Shown in pieces: positions 23,701 to 28,084 of a stretch of DNA of 64,000 nucleotides. The first letter of the stretch is position 1. The number at the start of each line of letters is the position of its first letter. The translations under genes and the position numbers were made by a program. The notes under the pieces are model-generated. The model was not told the DNA's origin and made no database searches. It saw nothing but the letters and a program-made list of their open reading frames with translations. Source of the DNA: an uncultured Gammaproteobacteria bacterium (GTDB taxonomy: Bacteria; Pseudomonadota; Gammaproteobacteria; JAURND01); NCBI GenBank assembly GCA_963714975.1, contig CAVQQD010000002.1:928001-992000 (forward strand), given 5' to 3'.

Positions 23701-24212
23701 TTTGGCGTTCTCTCTACCTGCTCTTCAAATAATTGATGGATGGTCTTTTCTTCCGGGAATTCTTTATTGGTTTTGTTCCATTCATAAACTATTTTTTGGT
23801 AATCCTCAGGCGATAATAATTCCTCTTTTTTTATAATTTCTTCTTCATAGGTCTTCGTGGAAACTACCGGCCAAGAGGAATAATGGCCTTGAGATAGCGT
23901 AATAACAGCGTCAACTAAGGTTTCAATTTCTACTTCATTTAATGAACCTCCGCTCAGTTCATATCCTTCATTTTCATCCTTAAACAGTATTATGTTATTT
24001 TTCGTGCATAAAACAGCTTTATTGCTGTTATCTTTATTTTTTTTTATCCATTTGAAAAAATCATTTACATCAAAAAATAGAATATAGTCATAGGTATTAG
24101 CAGTATCATCAGATTTTAAAGAGCTAATTTCATGGCCTAAGATATTTATTTCTTCTATAAACTCATCTATAGCTTTAAATTCCCCTAAAAATTTTAATTT
24201 AAGTGTTTTCAT
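5721..24212 (-). CDS. Five-module non-ribosomal peptide synthetase: N-ext-A-T-C-A-T-C-A-T-C-A-T-E-C-A-T-E-TE
   Basis: 5 x YVIYTSGTTG.PKG; T motifs GGNSL, GGDSI x4; C motifs HHILTD, HHAITD x2, HHAILD; E motifs HHLLVD and HHLIVD with EGHGRE; TE GWSFG. Confidence 0.97.
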   Translation of the reverse strand: MKTLKLKFLGEFKAIDEFIEEINILGHEISSLKSDDTANTYDYILFFDVNDFFKWIKKNKDNSNKAVLCTKNNIILFKDENEGYELSGGSLNEVEIETLVDAVITLSQGHYSSWPVVSTKTYEEEIIKKEELLSPEDYQKIVYEWNKTNKEFPEEKTIHQLFEEQVERTPNHVAMIYEDMQLTYYELNAKANQFAQYLREKYTIHGDDLIALYLDRSEYMLIAILAVLKAGAAYVPIDLSYPEERIIYILKDTETKAVITNAIYQDQIANFINHHQLTTEIEAIDSHGLQKKLKPFSETNPVKNILSANLAYVIYTSGTTGKPKGVMIAHKGVTNLLIAQAQEIDLSTQFQDTRSSIHSLWYTNCVFDVHVSEVFPVITHGHTIHIVKNSILHDMELLSDYINLHQIKIATIPPAILTIDSLLPLRTLIIGGEKTEKRLLEHYRNNQINIINAYGPTESTVCATLNHYKGDDLNTNIGKPIANITIYILDPNFNPLPVGAIGELYIGGIGLARGYLNLPDLTAERFITNPFQTEVEKKASKNSRLYKTGDLARYLPDGNIEFIGRSDFQIKIHGLRIEPGEIESKLVNYPQIKQAVVIAKEHHAEDNSNKYLIGYYVADSQLEENAILDYLHSQLPDYMVPSILIRLDKLPLTINGKVDLRALPEPESSIKFTYIAPRNDLDHKLCEVYAAALGLPTSKVGIRDDFFKLGGNSLAAMLAASRLSKEFTEVKLEDFYQFRSVESLSNHITLLLESSGEQHKPINIFKISDELLANDNRISNIQNAIYIQSNLDALPTTYNVPVLLRISDVDVDVFEEAIRFLFLNNRILKIRLIDKSHYKLSFEEILIRKVYLREEEVAEYANVSANYIFRLDGGSLICAEIAIIDKGHDIILNLTHHHILTDAQSVELLIAELLDNYNKIKEGVDIPEASKFDYLDYIPHQYALLQTADYNVAINKLLVKFNKAQPIQLSKITIDSSDNVGENFTFEISTLRMEKLLQLSTNNDISLYTLFLTIFYHVLDKYNFNDEKFPIGITVSNRRYDFIKALGPFVSALPLMFDYSSEDTILDNLRKVNDEIIFLNQYADINLNNIVNLSPKKGEEVAELMQIMFTMHNFKGTDEVNINMDISKLLDSNNSEKFGISVFAKEYADKVVFNISYLVDIYDKETVACIFKTYQFILNSLEQNNINRGFNQLKLISNADFDRLIYDWNKTDKDYPADKTIHQLFAEQVERTPDHIAVVYEDQQLSYRELNAKANQLAHYLQQQYHLQGDDLVALCLDRSEQMLIAILAVLKAGAAYVPMDPGYPDERIAYILEDTSAKLCLANEIHRARLADIINKHTLSTPIEAIDSNELQNKLNAYQGTNLSSPITNTNLAYVIYTSGTTGQPKGVLQQHNNVHRLLLATDDWYHFNSQDVWTLFHAYVFDFSVWEMWGALCHGGKLLIPSYEQTRDIKLFYELCEQHGITVLNQTPSVFYQFIDLAISAPHQLSSLRYIIFGGEALNLWQLQPWFNVYGYAKPLLVNMYGITETTVHVTYKPIAAEDLGNNSYIGKRIPDQNIYIVDAGLNPLPMGAIGEMYIGGAGLARGYLNLPDLTAERFIANPFQSAAEKQTGKNARLYKTGDLARYLPDGSIEYIGRNDFQVKIRGYRIELGEIENKLLSYPEIKQAVVLAREHQENQSKYLVGYYVAPRPLAADDIIGYLHSQLPEYMVPNVLMHIEQLPLTINGKLDRKALPDPEFGDELNYVEPRNDLEHMLCKIYAEVLGLSVEKVGINDNFFRLGGDSIIAIRLVSKINTALNSAVKVKDIFNKKTVGRLSDLIQSSIHEAPFLRETYTKFSFLTAAQLAKIDFDIVEDSYPASYLQMGMLLESELDEYGAYHDVFSYKLSSNFESDKFLSVWNKLIAKHELLRARFLTVSTGYNVEIAKTLTKDYVLFENQNVDSLIAQERVHNFDFTEFGLFRLLVNKLDDGFDLIFSFHHAITDGWSVASLINEFVQEYVHNLTIESPEFSISYGEFVKDEQNAIKDVDNINFWKDYLRDVELPSINWNFSKTKSADGLFYSRHSLTGDKVSKAIKMARELSIGVDTIFLHAYVETLSQFLNSDDVTLGLVVNNRPEFEGGDKLFGLFLNTIPFRYKLDKISTEQIFEEKLRLYEYKIMPYGYIKSMMGHEVYKFAYNFVHFHIFQESMEDIIDLQGYERTNIPCVLNVSQKAEEEFNITLVAHDDFIEEDYLNYLMKYFIYNLDLVLEGKSYKSSLLSKDYNKLIIDWNKTDKDYPADKTIHQLFAEQVERTPDHIAVVYEDQQLSYRELNAKANQLAHYLQQQYHLQGDDLVALCLDRSEQMLIAILAVLKAGAAYVPMDPGYPDERIAYILEDTSAKLCLANEIHRARLADIINKHTLSTPIEAIDSNELQNKLNAYQGTNLSSPITSTNLAYVIYTSGTTGQPKGVLQQHNNVHRLLLATDDWYHFNSQDVWTLFHAYVFDFSVWEMWGALCHGGKLLIPSYEQTRDIKLFYELCEQHGITVLNQTPSVFYQFIDLAISAPHQLSSLRYIIFGGEALNLWQLQPWFNVYGYAKPLLVNMYGITETTVHVTYKPIAAEDLGNNSYIGKRIPDQNIYIVDAGLNPLPMGAIGEMYIGGAGLARGYLNLPDLTAERFIANPFQSAAEKQTGKNARLYKTGDLARYLPDGSIEYIGRNDFQVKIRGYRIELGEIENKLLSYPEIKQAVVLAREHQENQSKYLVGYYVAPRPLAADDIIGYLHSQLPEYMVPNVLMHIEQLPLTINGKLDRKALPDPEFGDELNYVEPRNDLEHMLCKIYAEVLGLSVEKVGINDNFFRLGGDSIIAIRLVSKINTALNSAVKVKDIFNKKTVGRLSDLIQSSIHEAPFLRETYTKFSFLTAAQLAKIDFDIVEDSYPASYLQMGMLLESELDEYGAYHDVFSYKLSSNFESDKFLSVWNKLIAKHELLRARFLTVSTGYNVEIAKTLTKDYVLFENQNVDSLIAQERVHNFDFTEFGLFRLLVNKLDDGFDLIFSFHHAITDGWSVASLINEFVQEYVHNLTIESPEFSISYGEFVKDEQNAIKDVDNINFWKDYLRDVELPSINWNFSKTKSADGLFYSRHSLTGDKVSKAIKMARELSIGVDTIFLHAYVETLSQFLNSDDVTLGLVVNNRPEFEGGDKLFGLFLNTIPFRYKLDKISTEQIFEEKLRLYEYKIMPYGYIKSMMGHEVYKFAYNFVHFHIFQESMEDIIDLQGYERTNIPCVLNVSQKAEEEFNITLVAHDDFIEEDYLNYLMKYFIYNLDLALEGKSYKSSLLSKDYNKLIIDWNKTDKDYPADKTIHQLFEEQVERTPDHIALVYENRQFTYRELNTKANQLAHYLQQQYHLQGDDLVALCLDRSEQMLITILAVLKAGAAYVPMDPGYPDERIAYVLKDTSAKLCLANEIHRARLVNIINKHALSAHIEAIDSNELQNKLNAYQGTNLSQPITSANLAYVIYTSGTTGKPKGVMIEHRSVVNLAVMQAKEFGLTRQYENKLFALKCLCYANYVFDAHVWELFTVIINGHTTHIVSDAIRQDVQLLSEYINLYKINVALIPPALLTLDHLLLLNTLVVGGDKTEKEILEYYKNNQVNVINAYGPTESTVYVTLNHYRNQDLSTDIGKPITNVRIYILDEDLKPLPIGVIGELYIGGVGLARGYLNLPDLTAERFIINPFQSETEKKAGKNARLYKTGDLARYLPDGNIEYLGRNDFQVKIRGFRIELGEIENKLLNYSEINQATVSVKEHTQNQSKYLVGYYVANNPLDENSILDYLRMQLPDYMVPNVLIYLDQLPLTINGKLDRNALPDPEFSDVLNYVAPSNDLERQVCEIYAEALGLSAESVGIRDDFFRLGGDSIISIQLVSRIRRQLQLTISVKDIFAHKTVEKLCEKVLAEQLANAANLPEQLLTENGVLSGEVDFLPIQAWFFSQVSSGFYPRPGHWNQAFLIKTGKLDQELLKHSLVKLIEYHDAFRLNYRLTTAGNYQQYYSPAISFDALILAYANVSEFTTSEYQEMLTDWQSHFELLAEMPLYQIGYLEGYPDGSRKIFFALHHLLVDAVSWRIIAHDLRELYEKLSIAQSNNKLDEILQQSSEQLLGRKGTSYRQWVEQVQVYAETQMVERSYWQEELSGLAAEEGHLIALLPNEDSQSYAEMSLDKERTRQLLADSGHAYHTEINDLLLTAFGRALAQLTHQEIHYIYITLEGHGREEIAQGIDITHTVGWFTTMYPVKLATVENISQSIVQVKESLRRIPHKGIGYGALLGYSHQDLPRVTFNYLGQFDASGKDESNWMITGEPSGMAVSHANIDNNIINANGAVYQGELRFGLLSKLSQNDLNHLVEAFKREVLAIIKHTVDLPRAYLTTSDIDYIISQSYLDKIQAQQAITHVYLANSLQQGFIYHALNQGETDTAYRVQFLFNYENSLEPELLRMAWQGALKKYPSLRLRFSWDEKLVQIIDQHQELYWQYSDISAKDPQQQEYYMNELVVHDRQHSYHLDQGQLLRIHLLKQGEASYSCLFSSHHAILDGWSTPLLLGFVHDLYLQLYTNRTNSAMQVRILANIQEEVAYLLSQAYLQRRHLASENYWRMELAKVIDYPDLTGLLRLDKKSIKLAEYRFIVDKAEASVHAEQSLYQSIKAFSYEHGITVNALLQYSWHKLLSVYGNSQTTVVGTTISGRNLPIDEIESSVGLYINTLPLIVNHEGEETIIEQIKILQNKINEMNSYSDINLAKLQSSGRRLFDSLFIYENYPVPQKMEDHLLKLSGFQGMEALDYPLAITAYEQEGRIQINLKYAAELFSVKTIETLLSCLESLLYQITVIGVEQQNELSYLNAADYQKIILDWNKTERDYPADKTIHQLFEEQVERTPDHIALVYENRQLTYRELNTKANQLAHYLRQHYQLQGDDLIALCLDRSEKMLIAILAVLKAGAAYVPMDPRYPDERITYALEDTAAKLCLTNEIYRARLADIISKHALATHIEAIDGDELQSKLNAYQETNLPQHINSTNLAYVIYTSGTTGQPKGVLQQHNNVHRLLLATDDWYHFNSQDVWTLFHAYVFDVSVWEMWGALCHGGKLLIPSYEQTRDIKLFYELCEQHGVTVLNQTPSVFYQFIDLAISAPHQLSSLRYIIFAGEALNFWQLQPWFDVYGYTKPLLVNMYGITETTVHVTYKPIAAEDLGNNSYIGRRIPDQNIYIVDAGLNPLPIGAIGELYVGGAGLARGYLNLPELTAEKFIANPFQTEQEKATNKNAHLYKTGDLVRYLADGNIEYIGRNDFQVKIRGFRIELGEIEAKLSSYPEIKQAAVLAREHLNESGLPTGNKYLVGYYVADRSLNHNAMLNYLSQQLPDYMIPSALVWLDKLPLTINGKLDRKALPDPEFVSADHYIAPRNELEKQISEVYAAVLGLPVDKISIGDDFFRLGGDSISSIQLSSRLRQLNINCGVKDIFIHRTVEKLAQYLLESTTPSLKIQREQGLLEGTFDLLPIQQWFFDQVSTDKFKRPWHWNQSFLIRVPELDEDKLESCIEKLVEQHDILRVIFNQKENKWSQSYQRNISFSGLKRLQINHQSSEQINQRLTLWQSEFDLAKGPLFQIGYISGYPDGSARIYFALHHLIVDTVSWRILADDIHRLYKGEVLGNKASSYRQWVKVVELYHLSHKHEADYWNGILDSLPNYSRSEIYEPELGEIKLPKTITQQLLQKANQAYHTEINDLLLTALAYALKDWQGSTVNGITLEGHGREHIDESIDHSYTVGWFTIMYPVKLELQDTVRASIKHIKESLRLIPHKGLGYGSFSVVENSSIAFNKLPPIRFNYLGQFDKQEGDWQISLDDSGLSMHQDNQDSTLINISGYVSEGQLHFNIVTRLGKKITRLVTIRFEYHLKNIIKHCITVLRDGEQENTQSDFANFIPFEIVNEDVNEDPLFIFPPGHGGAESYYNHLLPKFKNKKLVIFNNFLHHVKDNQLLQSKLTFEELAKYYTLQLQKIQPKGPYNFLGWSFGGVLAFEITRQLKQSGHAVSKLILLDSYFNYKKAIHDICKDMNIPKEVYQDINYKYDPKGCSGLFEGTEIKLIKANIRVDHTQLKNINPDSSQEAIDFNFKIHQYYVDTIANNLDNYVRHFKIYELDCHHYNILEKISF
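14218..20594. repeat. Tandem duplication of a 3174-bp NRPS module (A-T-C)
   Basis: Sequence repeats at offset 3174 (14221=17395=20569); identical shadow ORFs at 15302/18476 and 15974/19148. Confidence 0.97.
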
Positions 24213-25147
24213 TATTCACCACTTTTTTGAAGTAGCCAATTTTTTTCTTTTAGCTTAGGGGAAGTGAATTTATCAATTAAACCTGCTCTATCTAATTGAA
24301 TAAGAATGTTTTTAAGTAATGGGCTATCTTTTGTTAATCTGAAGTCCTTATAGGTCTCTTCTAACATAGAAGTTGCTTCATTTTCCAAAAAACCTAATTG
24401 AAGTAGTATTTGTCTCTCGAATTCCATTTGGACTTGCACACCTAAATATAACTCTAGAAACGATGGCAATATATTGGCAATATTTTCCTTATATGCATCA
24501 GAAATGTTCTTCCAAATATATTTTAATAAGTGAAAGAAAATTCCAGAATGTCTAGCTTCATCTGACAAATGATCGTTTAGCATTTTTTGAAAGAATGGAT
24601 GTGTTTCACTTTTAGCTGTCATGCTAACAATTTCTTTAGTCAGCGTATTTTCAGCTAAACAAACAGCGATCAAGTCAAATACTCCATGGTATTTGTTTGG
24701 TAGTTTTTCTTTTACGGTTTTCATTGCTCTTTCTATTTCGATAGTCTTTGGCAATGGCAATGGTGCAATATTAGTATTTTTTTCAATTTGCAGCATGCAA
24801 TCATATGCAACATAGGCATGATAGGATTCATCAACCATAATGGTATACAGATTAAGTTTTTGCTCTTCAGAAAACTCAATTGGCAAGGTATTAGTAACTA
24901 CAGTTAGAATTACATTATTCACCACTCTTGTTTCTATCACAGCAATATCATTAGAATATTTGTAAAAAGATTGGGTAAGCAAGTAATTGAGCGCACCATT
25001 ACCTTTCTCCAGTATTTTTGGATGAACTGCTAATGGTTGCTGAGAAATAGGCAAAAAATAGCCTTTAGTGGTAGCGTCAAAGACGATTCGTGGCCTGCTC
25101 CTCACACTAGAGCGTTTTTCCCATTTATCTTGTATCTTATGTTCCAT
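24212..25147 (-). CDS. AurF/PvfB/HamC-like diiron amine N-oxygenase
   Basis: WEKRSSVRSRPR start, diiron ligands VDESYH, AENTLT and DHLSDEARH; stop overlaps the NRPS start (TAATG). Confidence 0.88.
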   Translation of the reverse strand: MEHKIQDKWEKRSSVRSRPRIVFDATTKGYFLPISQQPLAVHPKILEKGNGALNYLLTQSFYKYSNDIAVIETRVVNNVILTVVTNTLPIEFSEEQKLNLYTIMVDESYHAYVAYDCMLQIEKNTNIAPLPLPKTIEIERAMKTVKEKLPNKYHGVFDLIAVCLAENTLTKEIVSMTAKSETHPFFQKMLNDHLSDEARHSGIFFHLLKYIWKNISDAYKENIANILPSFLELYLGVQVQMEFERQILLQLGFLENEATSMLEETYKDFRLTKDSPLLKNILIQLDRAGLIDKFTSPKLKEKNWLLQKSGE

Positions 25148-25514
25148 AATATGCCATCCTATATATCCATATATCTACTGGTCATTGTAGTACATATTTT
25201 TGAACTGGGTTTTTTATGACTAAATTTATTTGAATCAATACATTAAACTATTAGAATTTCCCGTAAAAATATGTTTGGAGTCCCTTAATACTGGCATGAA
25301 CTTTACTGCTGCATTTTATTTTTCAAACATTTTCTACATCACATTTCTTTAGTTTTTTCTGAGGTTTCTGGCGGCGGCGGCTATCGAATTATGCCATTAA
25401 TTAATTGTTATTAAAGAAATTTTAAAATTAATTTTTCAAATATACCCCCAGCAATAAAACTTACTCACGCTCCTGCCTTCCTTACTCATCCACAACTGGC
25501 TCCTTCTGATTAGA

Positions 25515-26369
25515 TTACTTTGCTTTTTTGGTTTTATCTTTTATCATCTTATCCATGTTTTGTGGCAAATAATTTGCCTTTGTAACCACTTTCTTGCCAG
25601 TCTTGTTTTCCAATGCAATACGGGCAGTTTTTGCAATCCCTCCCCCTTGTTTGCTGGCTACCTCATTCTCCGGCATCCCTTTTGCTTCCATCGTCTCCGC
25701 AATTTGCCGAGTCGATAATTCTGCCAACGCAGTAAAAATCAATTCCGCCTCGCTCATATGATCGCGCAGATTTTCAGTTTTCAGCCCCTTAGCTTTTTTG
25801 TGATCTTTAACGCTAATCCCCGCCCATTCTTGATGAATAATATTAGTCAGGATGGCAAATTCATCTGGTTTTTCGACACCATTATCTTTCCAGTAATCTG
25901 TCAGCTTATTACGGGTTTCCTGACCCATCATCCGTTGCTGAATCCATTTTTCACTATATCCATGCTGCCGCCAAGTTTCCCTAGCTCTATTCAAAGACCT
26001 GGCTGGGTCGGCCATTTCCTGCATCCGCTCATAACCTACTTTAGCCAACCATAACTTGATCGGCTCTGCTTTAGGGCTGGGTACTGATTGAATCAGACGT
26101 AACAAGGTTTCAGCATTGGCAACATCGGTAAGCCTTAATTTGCCGTCTTCTGCCGTCATTTTCAACTGGTGACAATTTGTCACCACTTCACTGCCTTCAT
26201 TTTTTAGCCTTTGCTTCAACTTATTCCAGTACTTTCGGACAGTTTGGTAATCAGGCTGTTGAATTAATGCCTGTATAATATCAATAACCGAGAATAGCCA
26301 AGTTTCAGTTTGTTCATTATACAAACGGCGGATTTTATAGTCTTCAAAAATGGTTAGATTATTTCTCAT
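25515..26369 (-). CDS. BRO-N domain / phage antirepressor-like DNA-binding protein
   Basis: WLFSVIDII, YWNKLKQRL, LRLIQSVPSPKAEPIKLWLA and NLRDHMSEAEL; ATG at 26369. Confidence 0.85.
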   Translation of the reverse strand: MRNNLTIFEDYKIRRLYNEQTETWLFSVIDIIQALIQQPDYQTVRKYWNKLKQRLKNEGSEVVTNCHQLKMTAEDGKLRLTDVANAETLLRLIQSVPSPKAEPIKLWLAKVGYERMQEMADPARSLNRARETWRQHGYSEKWIQQRMMGQETRNKLTDYWKDNGVEKPDEFAILTNIIHQEWAGISVKDHKKAKGLKTENLRDHMSEAELIFTALAELSTRQIAETMEAKGMPENEVASKQGGGIAKTARIALENKTGKKVVTKANYLPQNMDKMIKDKTKKAK

Positions 26370-26438
26370 AGGGAAATCCTTGCATCTGAATAGAGAGAGG
26401 CTAAAGTTTTGGCTGATTATAAACTGATTAGCCACAAT

Positions 26439-26469
26439 AAAGACCCCGTATTAAACGAGGTCTTTATTT
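26439..26469. terminator. Probable bidirectional intrinsic terminator
   Basis: AAAGACCCCGT-ATTAA-ACGAGGTCTTT stem-loop with flanking A/T runs. Confidence 0.55.
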
Positions 26470-26475
26470 AAAAAA

Positions 26476-26724
26476 CTACTGTGCTGGAACAAGCTTTTTT
26501 AATTGCTCAAAAAGCAGCCCAAGCTCCTCTAGATAATCATCTACTGCCCATAAGGCATGATAAAGAGTATTATTATCCAATTCCATTTCTCCACGCACAA
26601 ACTGCGCAGCAAACATGATACAAGTCAGAACAGCCTGGGATTTTTGAACTTTGGCATATATCAAATCCTGAACATTAATAATTGCCACTGAAGAAGGTGA
26701 ATCGTGGTTAGGAAAATTACTCAT
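26476..26724 (-). CDS. Small hypothetical protein (82 aa) of mobile-element type
   Basis: AGGAG SD then MSNFPNHDS...; helical LYHALWAVDDYLEEL. Confidence 0.6.
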   Translation of the reverse strand: MSNFPNHDSPSSVAIINVQDLIYAKVQKSQAVLTCIMFAAQFVRGEMELDNNTLYHALWAVDDYLEELGLLFEQLKKLVPAQ

Positions 26725-27139
26725 TAAACAGCTCCTGATTAATATGTTTATATTGCATATTGCCAATTACAATTGGCGGCCAGGAGCTAAACACCGTAAT
26801 CAGAACGGCGGACTAATTTCCTCTTCAGGTATTGTATTCGTCCACTCCCAGCCATGGGCTAGGCAAAAAACCGTATCTAACAGGACGGTTACCGCTGATT
26901 AGTGTGTTTAGCACCAGTTCGGAGGGTAGCATCGGTCTTCAAACAAATCAATCCTAAAGCAAACTGCGTAGTCAACTATCATTTATGAGTTATCTTGCGG
27001 GAAAATCTTGTAAAGATTTAAGACTTTAAACACTGATATTACATAATTATTAAAATAAAATTATATTTTTTACTGCATAAGTCGGTTGGGCAATTTCCTA
27101 TTCATCAATACATTAGAAAATAAACCAGGATGGGTCATT

Positions 27140-27549
27140 TCAATTATGCGGTGGTTTTAACTCTCGCAATGGTGGAATTAATTCTCCAACTTCAACGTGC
27201 AAGGTAAAAGCAATCTGAATGAGATTTTGAATAGATAGATTTTGTTCCCCTCTTTCAACCTCAAAGCTATTCGCTGCACGATCTGCCCTACTTGCTTTGA
27301 TTGCCTTACGGTTTTCTCCAGGGTCGATGCTATCTACTAATAGCTTCCTAGCTTCATCTCGTTATTCTCTCGCTTTGGCAAGAGTAACGTCGGGATAAAC
27401 GCCAACGGAGAGCAGTTTTTCTTTCCCATCGAAACGCCACCACTTACCCCCAGCAGGAGTAATGAGCAAAAACAAACCTTTTTCGTCTGCCAGTTTATAA
27501 GGCTTTTCACGAGGCTTTATATTGCGGAGGTGATATCGGTTAAAGGCAT
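27140..27549 (-). pseudogene. P4/IntA-type tyrosine integrase N-terminal arm-binding fragment fused to an XRE-HTH C-terminal fragment
   Basis: MPLTDI/frameshift/IKPREKPYKLADEKGLFLLITPAGGKWWR..GKEKLLSVGVYPDVTLAKARE*RDEARKLL..IDP...NSFEV then ERGEQNLSIQNLIQIAFTLHVEVGELIP. Confidence 0.85.
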
Positions 27550-27550
27550 T

Positions 27551-27602
27551 TTGGGGTAACCTAAGTTAATGGTAACTCTATTACCCCTATAGTTACCCCT
27601 AT
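27551..27602. promoter_or_regulatory. Putative integrase arm-type binding repeats
   Basis: GGGGTAAC facing the tandem TTACCCCTAT-AG-TTACCCCTAT between ssrA and int. Confidence 0.55.
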
Positions 27603-27646
27603 CCAACCTAGGATGTCAATGAATTTTATAAGACAGCATAAGACAT

Positions 27647-27692
27647 AAAAAAAGCCAGAACCCCCCCCTATTTTACTGGAGATCCTGGCCTT
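27647..27692 (-). terminator. Intrinsic terminator downstream of ssrA
   Basis: Minus strand GGCCAGGATCTCC...GGGGGTTCTGGC followed by T7; duplicated at 4879-4922. Confidence 0.75.
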
Positions 27693-27717
27693 CTCTGGAC
27701 ATCTTAAGATTGAAACT

Positions 27718-28078
27718 TGGTGGAGGCGGCGAGAATCGAACTCGCGTCCGCAAATCCTCTACCGTCGGTTCTACATGTGTAGCCTCATCATTTATTTAAC
27801 TAACTAGCGCCCGATGGGCAAGGAAACTAGCTAGCGAGTCTTCTTAATTTAGCAGTTTAAGCGAAGACGCCTTAAACTACGATCTTATGTGGAATAACCA
27901 CTGAGGAAGGTCCATAAGTAAACCTAGTCAATGGTCGGACAGTTGGTTTTTAGGCAACTTTTCCGAAAGCTACTTCGTCATTTACGACTAACATTTGTAA
28001 CCCATTTTAACGAGTTGAAGTTACCTGCTCGACATGCTCCTTGGGCTTCGCAACTCACGTCGAAACCAAGTCGCCCCC
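27718..28078 (-). ncRNA. ssrA: tmRNA (361 nt); tag ORF 27985-27950 encodes (A)VNDEVAFGKVA
   Basis: 5' GGGGGCGACTTGGTTTCGAC, 3' GGACGCGAGTTCGATTCTCGCCGCCTCCACCA with G3-U pair; UAGUC precedes the resume codon. Confidence 0.97.
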
Positions 28079-28084
28079 CTCTAT

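Larger units (their letters stand above)
5143..27717. mobile_element. Genomic island, probably a tandem array, integrated at the ssrA 3' end; integrase defective
   Basis: Bounded by the ssrA direct repeat; integrase remnant next to ssrA; BRO gene; visibly AT-richer than the housekeeping region. Confidence 0.85.

Noticed and set aside
5721-24212. Beta-lactam (pcbAB-pcbC) cluster
   Set aside because: Five modules with Thr-type codes rather than Aad-Cys-Val; the nearby dioxygenase is not IPNS-like
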